DNA from: Nitrospirota bacterium
Lineage (GTDB): Bacteria > Nitrospirota > UBA9217
Length of the DNA stretch: 64,000 bases
Assembly: GCA_963751455.1 (NCBI GenBank)
Contig: CAVVUN010000009.1
Coordinates: forward strand, 320,001 to 384,000
Direction: 5' to 3'
The notes beneath the pieces were generated by a model. That model ran no database searches, was not told the DNA's origin, and was given only the letters and a program-made list of their open reading frames with translations. The first letter of the stretch is position 1; each line of letters starts with the position of its first letter. Both the position numbers and the translations under genes were made by a program. This document shows, one piece after another, positions 1 to 10,810 of this stretch.

Positions 1-1
1 C

Positions 2-1135
2 TTTACGATAGCCTTACTATTCCTTTATGTAACGAGAAAAAAGGATATATGGTTTTATTGCCTGCTGTTATCTTCAATGCTGGGTGTGTTCAACAATGCA
101 CAGGTCGGCTTGTTTTCGCAGGTTTCTTTAATTCTCGTTCTTATAATGCTCTTTGTCAAAAATAACGAGGGGCTGGTTATTAAAAGAATATTGCCTGTGG
201 TTGTTATCGCAGCTGCCGGAATGTATCTCGCTATCTGGGGAGAATTCGGAAAAGACGGGTTCTCAAAATATTATCTTGAAGGTTTGCTTGGATTTCCGCT
301 GGGGCAAAAAAGAATGATCTCAGTGGCCGTCGTTATCAGTATCGGCTTTGCTTTCATGCAGGTGATGCTAAAAATAAAAGATAACCGTATATATGTCGCA
401 TTATATTTATTCTTTTACTCTCAGGCACTTCTCGTCTATTATGTATGGGGAGCTACACACAATCATTTTCTCAACTTTGCGCCGATATATGCATTAACTA
501 TTGTTTTATTCCTCAAATTAATCCTCAACCATTATCCTTTTACGGCAAACCGCCAGAGTGCAATAATCGGCATATTGATTTTTATATCGTTGGTCGCTTA
601 TGCGTCTTCGCTGGAGCGCTACTATACTGAAAAAAATAATTATGATAACATATTCACGGTACACAAAACCTATGTTTGGGATTTCGAGAGGGCCCGGTTT
701 ACCTCAACCATGGACCCTAAGTACTTTCAGGACGCCGTTACTTTGATAAACAAATATACTCCTCAGAATGATATCTTCATTCTTTCAAAATACGACAGTA
801 TTATTCCGTTCCTCTCCCATAAGTATAGTGCTATGCCCTATTTCGACGTGTCCAATTTTTTAGTCACCCAAAAGGAAATTAACGATTGCATTGCCGCCGT
901 AAAAGATGCTAAACCGGGCTATCTCTATGTCGATACTGATATCAGCAGAAATCTGAATACCGACATCATTCATGAAAATGTTCCCGTCATAGGGTACTTG
1001 CATAACGAATCTGTTTGGAGGGTCCACCGGCTTAGACTTCTCAAAGATATTTATAACGCCATTCGCGATGATTATCACCTTGTTGAAAAAGGCTATTTAA
1101 TTTCGGTTTATAAAAGAAACGATCTGGGTCTATAA
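2..1135 (+). CDS. Polytopic membrane protein of glycosylation locus (5'-partial; possibly GT-C-like)
   Basis: Frame is open from base 2; many hydrophobic segments plus a soluble C-terminal domain; low GC; next to GT2. Confidence 0.55.
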   Translation, partial: FTIALLFLYVTRKKDIWFYCLLLSSMLGVFNNAQVGLFSQVSLILVLIMLFVKNNEGLVIKRILPVVVIAAAGMYLAIWGEFGKDGFSKYYLEGLLGFPLGQKRMISVAVVISIGFAFMQVMLKIKDNRIYVALYLFFYSQALLVYYVWGATHNHFLNFAPIYALTIVLFLKLILNHYPFTANRQSAIIGILIFISLVAYASSLERYYTEKNNYDNIFTVHKTYVWDFERARFTSTMDPKYFQDAVTLINKYTPQNDIFILSKYDSIIPFLSHKYSAMPYFDVSNFLVTQKEINDCIAAVKDAKPGYLYVDTDISRNLNTDIIHENVPVIGYLHNESVWRVHRLRLLKDIYNAIRDDYHLVEKGYLISVYKRNDLGL

Positions 1136-1315
1136 CGCACATGCAATTCAAAACTGATACAGCAAGCCGGTTATGGATTTGAAGAATGATAGGCAAGAAG
1201 GACTGGACTTTTGCGAAAGCTGATGTTATAAAGACTTTAAGAAGGCTAAGGTTATTAAAAGAGAGCCTGAAAATCGGTTTTGATGGTGGTTAATTCGGCA
1301 AAAGGAATATAAAGC

Positions 1316-2275
1316 TTGATTAGAAAACAGTCCTCGGTCTCAATCTGTATCCCTACCTTTAACAGCTCGAAATATCTCGTGCACTGTTTGGACAGCATAG
1401 CTGCTCAGAGCTACCACAATATTGAAGTAATAATATCAGACAACGCATCCACCGATAATACTGTGGATATCATCAAAACCTATGCGGACCGCTACGGTTT
1501 TCAATTCTTCGTTAATAAAAGAAATATAGGCGCCGGCGCGAACTTCAACAGGCTCCTGGGTCTTGCCAAGGGTGATTATGTCGCAATCTACCATGCCGAT
1601 GATATGTATGGAAATACAATAGTTCAAGATTCGGTCAGAGTTCTGGACTTGGATGATACGATCGGCCTGGTAGGAACCATGGGGGACCTGGTAAATGAAG
1701 AAGGAGTTCCTTTCAACAGTTTTAGGCTGCCCCCGCATTTGAAAAAACTGAATAAAACGGTCTACTCGTTCGAGGAAGCTCTTTCGGGCATAGTAAAACG
1801 CGGATGGTTTTTTGTTACACCGACAATCATGGTACGCAGGAAAGTAATCGACCAACTCGGTACCTTCAACATAACGGATTATGGGTCTTCAGGGGATTAT
1901 GAACTCTGGATGCGAATAGCTAGTAATTTCAAGGTGGCAATAATCGATAAAAAATTAATCAGGTACAGGGTCCATAAAAACCAGGGCACGGAACAGGAAG
2001 TCAGGAAAAATCCGGAAGTTGCGGATATAGTTCTGGTCGTAAAGAAATACCGGGACCTGACAACGAATCACAAGTTAAAAAAAATGTGTGACGACTGCAT
2101 TAACTCAAATATCGTCAAGGCGGCGAGAAGACAGAATTACTACGGGCTGTATGATAAAAGCAGTCAAACTTTAAAGTTGCTGAAGTCAAATAACATTCGG
2201 TTTCTGCTTCATAAGTACGGAATCCGGTTTTTCAATGCTCTTAAGTTCTCCATAAAAAAGAGACGACTAGCATAG
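1316..2275 (+). CDS. Glycosyltransferase family 2
   Basis: SICIPTFN, IISDNASTD, YHADD and GDYELW GT-A motifs. Confidence 0.9.
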   Translation: MIRKQSSVSICIPTFNSSKYLVHCLDSIAAQSYHNIEVIISDNASTDNTVDIIKTYADRYGFQFFVNKRNIGAGANFNRLLGLAKGDYVAIYHADDMYGNTIVQDSVRVLDLDDTIGLVGTMGDLVNEEGVPFNSFRLPPHLKKLNKTVYSFEEALSGIVKRGWFFVTPTIMVRRKVIDQLGTFNITDYGSSGDYELWMRIASNFKVAIIDKKLIRYRVHKNQGTEQEVRKNPEVADIVLVVKKYRDLTTNHKLKKMCDDCINSNIVKAARRQNYYGLYDKSSQTLKLLKSNNIRFLLHKYGIRFFNALKFSIKKRRLA

Positions 2276-2380
2276 AGCGTTCCGTTTTCACACCCTGTTT
2301 GGCACTTTGACCGACAAAAGCATTGACGAAACACCTCCTTGTATGAGATAATTACGCGTTTTTAACTATAAAAATTAATA

Positions 2381-3862
2381 ATGAGGAATTCTATGTTTGC
2401 TGTCATCATGGCGGGTGGATCTGGTACTCGATTCTGGCCTCTTTCCCGGGAAAAAATGCCGAAGCAGCTTTTGAAAATCGGCGGTCAGGACACACTCATC
2501 TGCACCACGGTGAGCCGGATGCTGCCCCTGATGCCGATGGACAATATGTTTGTCGTCACGAATCAGGCGCTCGCTGATATCATCGGTTACCAGCTTTCGA
2601 CCAGGTTCGAACGCACTTGGGACGCGAACTTCATTCTCGAGCCTGAGGCTAAAAATACAGCGCCGGCGCTGGGTCTTGCCGCGCTTCATCTGGAGCGCGT
2701 GGATCCTGAAAGCGTAATGGTGGTCCTCGCTGCTGACCATTCGATAAGAAGGGAAGAGGCTTTTCTTGACCTGCTTCGCAAAGCCGACGCAGCAGCTCAA
2801 TCGGGATATCTGGTTACGCTGGGCATCAAACCTGACCGTCCCGAAACCGGTTATGGCTATATAAAAGCCGGAGAAAAATGTAAAGATGGGGGGACAGACG
2901 GCATTTCCAGGGTCGAGGCGTTCGTTGAAAAACCTAACATAGAGACGGCCGGGGAGTACCTGAAGGACGGCCGCTATTTCTGGAACAGCGGCATTTTCGT
3001 ATGGAAGACGAAGACGCTTCTTGCTGAAATAGAAAAGTACCACCCGTCACTGCACCGTGGCCTTTGTGACATAAGAAAAAGCATCGGAACAGATAAGGAA
3101 GCGCAGGTAATCGCAGGCGTCTTTAAAAGCCTTGAGCCCATTTCTATTGACTACGCGGTAATGGAAAAAACGGACCGGGCGGCGGTCATTCCTGCGGATA
3201 TAGAATGGTCGGATGTCGGCAGCTGGACCGCTCTGGACCAGGTTTCGGAAAGAGATCCGTCGGGAAACGTTATATCAGGCAACGTAATCGACCTCGGCAG
3301 CCATGATTCCATCATTTACGGCGAGAAGCGTCTCGTGGCGACCATAGGGCTTAAGGACACGGTCGTCGTGGATACCCCCGATGCGACTCTCGTCTGCAGC
3401 AAGGATCGGGCCCAGGACGTAAAGAAAGTCGTGGACGAGCTCAAGCGGCGCAAGGCTGAAGAGCACCTGACCCATCGTACAACATACCGTCCCTGGGGCT
3501 CCTATACGATCCTCGAGGACGGTGAACGATACAAGATCAAACGCCTTGTAATCAATCCCGGCGCCAAACTTTCGCACCAGTTGCACTACCACAGGAGTGA
3601 GCACTGGGTTGTTGTGGCAGGCACTGCCCGGGTAACCAATGGCGATCGGGAATACGATGTCCATCCGAATGAAAGTACCTATATCCCGATGTCCACGAAA
3701 CACCGGCTTGAAAACCGCGGAAAAGTAGCCCTCCAGATCATCGAGGTCCAGAACGGCGAATATCTTGAAGAGGACGACATCGTTCGTTTTGACGACGATT
3801 ACCGCCGGCACGAAAAAGACAAGCGAAAACCCCTTCCTTCCATTGACAATAAGATCGCATGA
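2381..3862 (+). CDS. manC: Mannose-1-phosphate guanylyltransferase/mannose-6-phosphate isomerase
   Basis: AGGSGTRFWPLSR, KPDRPETGYGYI, WSDVGSW, and C-terminal cupin RPWG...HRSEHW. Confidence 0.95.
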   Translation: MRNSMFAVIMAGGSGTRFWPLSREKMPKQLLKIGGQDTLICTTVSRMLPLMPMDNMFVVTNQALADIIGYQLSTRFERTWDANFILEPEAKNTAPALGLAALHLERVDPESVMVVLAADHSIRREEAFLDLLRKADAAAQSGYLVTLGIKPDRPETGYGYIKAGEKCKDGGTDGISRVEAFVEKPNIETAGEYLKDGRYFWNSGIFVWKTKTLLAEIEKYHPSLHRGLCDIRKSIGTDKEAQVIAGVFKSLEPISIDYAVMEKTDRAAVIPADIEWSDVGSWTALDQVSERDPSGNVISGNVIDLGSHDSIIYGEKRLVATIGLKDTVVVDTPDATLVCSKDRAQDVKKVVDELKRRKAEEHLTHRTTYRPWGSYTILEDGERYKIKRLVINPGAKLSHQLHYHRSEHWVVVAGTARVTNGDREYDVHPNESTYIPMSTKHRLENRGKVALQIIEVQNGEYLEEDDIVRFDDDYRRHEKDKRKPLPSIDNKIA

Positions 3863-5310
3863 TTAACCCAGAGATATTCCGAGAATACGACATACGCGGC
3901 ATCGCGGAACACGATCTTGCCTCCCCGGTGGTTCAAGCCTTGGGACGCGCCTTCGCCGCATATTTAAAACCGAAAAGTATCAGCGCCGTTACAGTCGGTT
4001 ATGACGCGCGGACCAGTTCTCCGCGGTTATGCGACTCGATTGTGGACGGACTTTCGTCCGCCGGAATGCGCGTAACAGTTCTTGGCCTTTGCCCCACGCC
4101 GGCCCTGTACTATTCTCTCTTCTCGTTAATGCCCGGCGCCGGTGTAATGATTACCGGCAGCCACAATCCCGCCGAGTTCAACGGGTTCAAGTTATGCGTC
4201 GGCACCGACACGATCTACGGTGAAGAGATACAGAAAATCATGCGAATCATGGAGGAGGAAGCAGGTAAAACAGACGGCTCACGGCCCGCGGCTCATCAGC
4301 AACTATCCCGTATGAATATGCCGGGAGTTTCCGTTCATCCCATCCTGCCGGATTACAGAAGATATCTCAAACAGCTGTTTACCTCCTATCGAGAACTGCC
4401 TCTGAAGGTAGTTCTCGATTCAGGAAACGGAACCGCTGGACAGGTTGCCCCCGAAGTCATTCGCGAAATGGGGTGCGAGGTAATAGAACTCTTTTCGGAG
4501 CCTGACGGCCGGTTTCCCAATCATCATCCTGACCCTACGATTCCCAAGAACCTGAAGGTACTGATCGAAACGGTAAAAAATTCCAGTGCCGATCTCGGTA
4601 TTGCGTTCGACGGAGATTCCGACAGGATCGGAGTCGTTGACGAAAAAGGGAACATACTCTGGGGCGATCAGCTCATGGTCATTTTTTCACGTGACATCCT
4701 CAATCAGCGCCCGGGGGCCATATTTGTTTCCGAAGTAAAATGCTCTCAAACCATGTACGATGACATCCGTAAAAACGGCGGAAAAGCGATTATGTGGAAG
4801 ACCGGGCATTCCCTGATCAAGGCAAAGATGAAAGAATTGCACGCTGACCTGGCCGGTGAAATGAGCGGTCACCTTTTCTTCGCGGACCGCTATTATGGTT
4901 ATGATGATGCAATCTACGCAGCATGCAGGATCGTGGAAATTTTAAAAAAAGTTCGTGTCGCCGGCGATGGACGAGTATCCTTGAGCTCGCTCCTTGCCGA
5001 TTTGCCGAGGACTTTTAATACGCCTGAAATTCGCTTCGATTGCCCTGATAACATCAAATTCAAAGTGGTGGATAAGGCCAAAGAGATTTTTCTTCAAGGA
5101 ATCGGCCTGTCACTGAAACCCAGGGAAGTTATTACCGTGGACGGAGTTCGTGCAGTGTTCGAAAAAGGGTGGGGACTTATCCGCGCATCGAACACTCAGC
5201 CCGTACTTGTTATGCGTTTCGAGGCGTCGGATCCCGGACACCTTGATACGATCAAAACCATGATGGAGCGTACGTTGAGCGACATCATATCAGGCCTCAA
5301 AACCGCCTAA
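3859..5310 (+). CDS. algC: Phosphomannomutase/phosphoglucomutase
   Basis: FREYDIRG, ITGSHNP, FDGDSDR and GEMSGH motifs. Confidence 0.92.
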   Translation: MINPEIFREYDIRGIAEHDLASPVVQALGRAFAAYLKPKSISAVTVGYDARTSSPRLCDSIVDGLSSAGMRVTVLGLCPTPALYYSLFSLMPGAGVMITGSHNPAEFNGFKLCVGTDTIYGEEIQKIMRIMEEEAGKTDGSRPAAHQQLSRMNMPGVSVHPILPDYRRYLKQLFTSYRELPLKVVLDSGNGTAGQVAPEVIREMGCEVIELFSEPDGRFPNHHPDPTIPKNLKVLIETVKNSSADLGIAFDGDSDRIGVVDEKGNILWGDQLMVIFSRDILNQRPGAIFVSEVKCSQTMYDDIRKNGGKAIMWKTGHSLIKAKMKELHADLAGEMSGHLFFADRYYGYDDAIYAACRIVEILKKVRVAGDGRVSLSSLLADLPRTFNTPEIRFDCPDNIKFKVVDKAKEIFLQGIGLSLKPREVITVDGVRAVFEKGWGLIRASNTQPVLVMRFEASDPGHLDTIKTMMERTLSDIISGLKTA

Positions 5311-5357
5311 AATCTGCTGGTTAGAAATCACTATTGTCTGCGACATTTACGAACATC

Positions 5358-5394
5358 AATTGTTAACCTTTAAAAGTTAAATTGGTTGACAATT
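5358..5394. promoter_or_regulatory. BirA (biotin repressor) operator overlapping a probable -35 box
   Basis: AATTGTTAACC-N15-GGTTGACAATT palindrome directly upstream of bioB; right arm contains TTGACA. Confidence 0.85.
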
Positions 5395-5419
5395 GCGTCG
5401 CTATAAAGTAAAAGATTAC

Positions 5420-6403
5420 ATGCAAACAATGATGAAACAAATGATATCCGCCGCAGTTGACGCTGTACTGACAGGCAGGAACATAACCTATGAAGAAGCA
5501 TTACAACTTTGCCGCGTCAAGGGCGCTGATCTCTGGGACCTGCTTGCAGCTGCAAACAGGCTCCGCGATCATTTCCGCGGACAGGAGATAAATCTCTGCT
5601 CTATCGTGAACGCAAAATCAGGCGAATGCAGCGAAGATTGCTCCTATTGCGCGCAGTCGAGCCATCATAGCACCGGCGCTTCGGTCTATCCCTTGATCTC
5701 AATAGAGCGCATGGCGGAGGCGGCCGCAAGCGCCAGAAAGAACGGTGCTCGGCGCTTCTGCATTGTTACAAGCGGCCGGGGCATTGATTCCCCGGATGAA
5801 TTGGAAAAGATCGCAAATGGCATACGTCACGTCCGTGACATGGGTCTTTCTCCGTGTGCGACACTCGGCACGCTCGCCAGTGACCAGCTTGCGTATTTAA
5901 AGGATGCCGGCCTTGACCGGTATCATCATAATATCGAGACATCCAGGGAATATTTTCCCCGCATCTGTTCGACCCATTCCTTTCAAGACCGTTTAGAAGT
6001 TCTTAAGAGCGCCCGCCTGCTGGGGCTCTCTGTCTGCAGCGGCGGCATTCTGGGCATGGGAGAGAGTCTGGAAGACAGGATCAAAATAGCCCTGACCCTC
6101 CGAGAACTCGAGGTGGATTCCGTTCCAATCAACTTCCTGATGCCTATCAAAGGTACGCCGCTTGAAAACGTCAGCGCGATTACTCCTCTCGAAGGTCTTC
6201 ATTCCCTGGCACTGTTTCGGTTCCTCCTGCCTGATAAAGAGATCCGGGTCTGCGGCGGTAGAGGGACAGCACTCGGCCGGCTGCACCCCCTGATATTTAC
6301 TGCGGGCGCGGACGGCTGCATGGTCGGCAATTATCTCACCACAGCGGGATTAGATCCCCGGGATGACCTTAGCATGATTCATGAACTGGATCTTCACGTC
6401 TAA
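5420..6403 (+). CDS. bioB: Biotin synthase
   Basis: CSEDCSYCAQS radical-SAM motif, YHHNIET, SVPINFL; ATG start chosen downstream of the operator (start uncertain). Confidence 0.95.
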   Translation: MQTMMKQMISAAVDAVLTGRNITYEEALQLCRVKGADLWDLLAAANRLRDHFRGQEINLCSIVNAKSGECSEDCSYCAQSSHHSTGASVYPLISIERMAEAAASARKNGARRFCIVTSGRGIDSPDELEKIANGIRHVRDMGLSPCATLGTLASDQLAYLKDAGLDRYHHNIETSREYFPRICSTHSFQDRLEVLKSARLLGLSVCSGGILGMGESLEDRIKIALTLRELEVDSVPINFLMPIKGTPLENVSAITPLEGLHSLALFRFLLPDKEIRVCGGRGTALGRLHPLIFTAGADGCMVGNYLTTAGLDPRDDLSMIHELDLHV

Positions 6404-6406
6404 ACA

Positions 6407-7225
6407 ATGGCATCGAATAATCTCTATAGTGTCCGAATGCGCGCATCGAGACGGGGAAAACATGTTTCCGGCGCGGAAAAAATAGTTGCTTCAGAAAACA
6501 TTAATCTGTCGCTGTCGGAGCTCGCTGTTCGCGCCCTTAACAAGGCTAACCCTCCGGATGAAATCGTGCTTAAGATCGAAGATATCGGGACAAGACCCAT
6601 ACGGATGTTGAAGGCCCTCGATGTGATCACTATTAAAGCGGCTGATGCGGTTTCCGGAAGGATGTATGCATCGAAAGTGCTTTCCAGAGCCGGTGTTTCT
6701 GATTCGGCTGTTAAATCGGCTATTGACAATCTATCTAATGGTCCTTCTGCGTCGGGCGGAAACATGCGGGGCGCCATGATCATGAACGCGAAGACCGGCG
6801 AACGGATGGAACAGGACCGGGAACGCGGCATACGAGCAACAAGGTTTGATTGGGCAGGGCAGGCAGGAAAAGAGATTGACGGTTTGCTCAGCGGTATCGG
6901 TCTTGTCCATTTTCGTACTCGTGAAGCGCTGGCGTTGGCCACCAAGGTTGCTTACGGGCCGGGAGTAGTTGCCGAACTGTGCTGGTCGGATGATCCGGAG
7001 TATGCAGCAGGGTATGTTTCCTCGGTAAAAACAGGTTATGTCCGATTTTCAAACCTGAAACAGCTGGGAAATGAAACCGGAGGGAGAGCCATATTTATAA
7101 ATCCCGAAATGACCGATATCAGGCCGCTTATACGTTATCTGGAAGATTCTCTAATTCTAATCGATAAGGCCGGTTTATGCAGACCGGCAATAGAGCCGGA
7201 TGACTATTTCGAGTGTTTCAAATAG
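6407..7225 (+). CDS. bioW: 6-carboxyhexanoate--CoA ligase
   Basis: YSVRMRAS...HVSGAE, MRGAM, EALALATKV, ELCWSDDPEY. Confidence 0.9.
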   Translation: MASNNLYSVRMRASRRGKHVSGAEKIVASENINLSLSELAVRALNKANPPDEIVLKIEDIGTRPIRMLKALDVITIKAADAVSGRMYASKVLSRAGVSDSAVKSAIDNLSNGPSASGGNMRGAMIMNAKTGERMEQDRERGIRATRFDWAGQAGKEIDGLLSGIGLVHFRTREALALATKVAYGPGVVAELCWSDDPEYAAGYVSSVKTGYVRFSNLKQLGNETGGRAIFINPEMTDIRPLIRYLEDSLILIDKAGLCRPAIEPDDYFECFK

Positions 7226-8388
7226 ATCTCATGTTCGAACAAGAACTCGCACAATTAAAAAAACACAATCTTCTCCGGTCACTGACGGACATCGAACCTT
7301 ACGACGGACCGCACGTTATCATGAACGGAAAGAAGAGGCTGCTCATGTGCTCCAACGACTACCTTGGACTATCATGCCGCCCCGCTCTTCGAGATGCGGC
7401 CACCCGAGCGATGGCCGTTTACGGTTTCGGATCCGGCGCATCACGGCTGGTTTCAGGCACGAATCCGCTTCATCTGCAACTCGAACAGAGAATCGCTCAA
7501 TTCAAAAAGACCGAAGCAGCGCTTCTCTTCAATTCCGGATATGCCGCGAATACGGGTGTCATTCCGGCGATAGCAGGAGAGGGTGACGCTATTATCAGCG
7601 ACACCCTTAATCATGCAAGCATCGTCGATGGGTGTCGACTAAGCGGTGCAGCTGTCCATATCTACCGCCATCGCGACATTGAACATGCGGAAGTCATTCT
7701 CAAAAAAGCGCATTCAGCCCGCCGTAGACTGATCGTTACGGACGGTGTTTTCAGCATGGACGGTGATCTGGCGCCTCTCAAGGAACTCGCTTTTCTCGCC
7801 GACAAATATAATGGACTGCTCATGGCGGATGACGCACACGCAACAGGCGTATTCGGGGCTGCCGGAACGGGAACCGCTGAACACTTCGGCGTGGCCGGTC
7901 GTGTCCCTATTCAGATGGGAACGCTCGGAAAGGCATTCGGTTCATTCGGAGCCTATATCGCGGGAGCCAGGGACCTGATCGAATACCTTGTAAATAAATC
8001 CAGGTCCTTCATCTACAGTACGGCCCTGCCACCGGCTGTTTGCGCAGCTTCCCTGGCAGCTCTCGATATTATTGAGCGTGAACCCGGTCTCCGGGAAAAA
8101 CTCTGGAAAAACAGGGAACGGTACGTGAAGGGATTAAAGGCTTTCGGCATTGATACCGGGGCATCTCAATCGCCTATCGTTCCACTGATGCTGCAGGATC
8201 AGACAAACGCCGTTGAGGCCGGAAAAAAGCTTGCCGAGTACGGCATCTATGCTCCTGCGATGAGGCCGCCGACTGTTCCCCAAGGAACAGCAAGGATCAG
8301 AACCACGGTAATGGCAACTCATTCATTCGAGCAGATTGACAGGGCGCTTGAGATATTGGGCATCATGAAGCATGAAGGTTATTTCTGA
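7213..8388 (+). CDS. bioF: 8-amino-7-oxononanoate synthase
   Basis: SNDYLGL, GSGASRLVSG, DDAHA, GTLGKAFG, RPPTVP; true start may be 7231. Confidence 0.95.
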   Translation: MFQIDLMFEQELAQLKKHNLLRSLTDIEPYDGPHVIMNGKKRLLMCSNDYLGLSCRPALRDAATRAMAVYGFGSGASRLVSGTNPLHLQLEQRIAQFKKTEAALLFNSGYAANTGVIPAIAGEGDAIISDTLNHASIVDGCRLSGAAVHIYRHRDIEHAEVILKKAHSARRRLIVTDGVFSMDGDLAPLKELAFLADKYNGLLMADDAHATGVFGAAGTGTAEHFGVAGRVPIQMGTLGKAFGSFGAYIAGARDLIEYLVNKSRSFIYSTALPPAVCAASLAALDIIEREPGLREKLWKNRERYVKGLKAFGIDTGASQSPIVPLMLQDQTNAVEAGKKLAEYGIYAPAMRPPTVPQGTARIRTTVMATHSFEQIDRALEILGIMKHEGYF

Positions 8389-9130
8389 TATGGCATACGC
8401 GATACGCAAAAGGGTAATTATTGTAACCGGCGCTTCACGGGGACTGGGCAGGCAGATAGCTCTTTCGTTCGGCAGGGCAGGAGACAGGATCGTTGTGAAT
8501 TATGTATCAGCCGGGCAGCAGGCTGCGGAAGTCGTCAACTCGATACAGGCAGCAGGAGGAGAGGCAATTCCGTTTCGAGCTGATGTCAGGCTGGCCGCCG
8601 AAATCGAGGCGATGACTGCCGAAACGCGTGATCGATGGGGCACTATTGACGTACTTATTAATAATGCAGGCGTTGCCAAAGACTGCCTGACGGTCCGGAT
8701 GCCTGAAACCGACTGGAACGATGTCCTGGATACAAATCTGAAAGGCGCTTTTCAGGTAACGCGTTCGGCGGCAAATATTATGAAGGAAAACCGGGATGGT
8801 CATGTCATCAATGTCTCATCGATTGTCGGTTTGCACGGAAGAGAAGGACAAGCTAATTACTCCGCTTCGAAGGCCGGGCTAATCGGTTTCACCAAGGCAT
8901 GTGCCAGGGAATTGGGCGTCTATAACATAAAGGTAAATGCGGTATTGCCCGGATACATGACGACTGAGCTGGGAAACGGCGTATCCAGCCATATACTTGA
9001 CCGCGTCCTGAAAGATAATGCTCTCGACAGGTTCTCCGATCCGGTTGAAGTCGCGCAATTCATCTGCCACCTTTCGCTGATGCGAAACGTATCGGGCCAG
9101 GTATTTAATTTGGACAGCAGGATATTATGA
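8372..9130 (+). CDS. FabG-like short-chain dehydrogenase/reductase
   Basis: TGASRGLG, NNAG, YSASK motifs. Confidence 0.85.
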   Translation: MKVISDMAYAIRKRVIIVTGASRGLGRQIALSFGRAGDRIVVNYVSAGQQAAEVVNSIQAAGGEAIPFRADVRLAAEIEAMTAETRDRWGTIDVLINNAGVAKDCLTVRMPETDWNDVLDTNLKGAFQVTRSAANIMKENRDGHVINVSSIVGLHGREGQANYSASKAGLIGFTKACARELGVYNIKVNAVLPGYMTTELGNGVSSHILDRVLKDNALDRFSDPVEVAQFICHLSLMRNVSGQVFNLDSRIL

Positions 9131-9144
9131 AAGACAACGCATAG

Positions 9145-9834
<690 letters not shown>

Positions 9835-9924
9835 CTCTTTGGTCCCCGCCTGCTCTTCACTTCAATCAATCCTTGTGATTGACAAAGCGCGTAGGTGCTG
9901 ATATTATTCTCCAAGTTTTAAGCA

Positions 9925-10746
9925 TTGTTCGGGGGATGGATGTCTAACATCGTTACACTCACTACTGACTTCGGAACCAAGGATTCCTTTGCGGGAAGCA
10001 TAAAAGGCGTCCTTTTGAAGTTGAATCCTCAGGCCCAGATTGTCGATATTTCCCATGAGATCGGGCCTCAGGACGTATGGGAGGCTGCGTTCACGCTCAA
10101 AACAGCGTATCGTTACTTTCCAAAGGGCACAATCCATCTCGCGGTGGTCGACCCGGGTGTGGGAAGCGGCAGGCGTCCCATAATCGTTGTTACCGAAAGC
10201 TACTATTTTGTAGGACCTGATAACGGCATTTTCAGCCTCGTTCTCCAGGAAGCCGAGAGAATGCGTGTTCTCCATATTACAGCCAGTCACTATTATCTTC
10301 CCGATGCAGGCCCCACGTTCCATGCAAGAGACATATTCGCTCCTGTTGCGGCCTGGCTGACCAAGGGCATCCCCTCGGGAAATTTCGGCGAAGAAATCGA
10401 AGACTATGTTAAATTGAACGTTCCTGTGCCGAAGCAGACGGTAAACGGTGTGGACGGCCACGTTATTCATATAGATCGCTTTGGTAACGCTATTACGAAT
10501 ATCAGGCTGAGCGATATCCGGAAACTTGTGCCGGAAGTCGATGATTCCCTTCCTGTCTCAGTCAATATAGTGGGCAGAGAGATCAAGGGGCTCAGAAAAT
10601 TTTATGCAGAAGCGGCACCGGGTGAGCCCGCAGCCATCATCAACAGCTCCGGCTATCTCGAGGTATTCCTGTTCAAACAGAATGCACGCACCGCGCTTTC
10701 CATTAAAAGGGGAGAGGCGGTCAATCTGGTCCTCCGGCCTAAATAA
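9925..10746 (+). CDS. SAM hydroxide adenosyltransferase / SAM hydrolase (DUF62; chlorinase/fluorinase superfamily)
   Basis: LTTDFG, VVDPGVGS, GPDNG, TFHARDIF, IDRFGN; true start probably 9940. Confidence 0.88.
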   Translation: MFGGWMSNIVTLTTDFGTKDSFAGSIKGVLLKLNPQAQIVDISHEIGPQDVWEAAFTLKTAYRYFPKGTIHLAVVDPGVGSGRRPIIVVTESYYFVGPDNGIFSLVLQEAERMRVLHITASHYYLPDAGPTFHARDIFAPVAAWLTKGIPSGNFGEEIEDYVKLNVPVPKQTVNGVDGHVIHIDRFGNAITNIRLSDIRKLVPEVDDSLPVSVNIVGREIKGLRKFYAEAAPGEPAAIINSSGYLEVFLFKQNARTALSIKRGEAVNLVLRPK

Positions 10747-10810
10747 CACCAGTCTCTTGTAGGCTGCCATGCCTGTTGTGTTAACCCGCTCGAGAGTATT
10801 ATAATAAGCC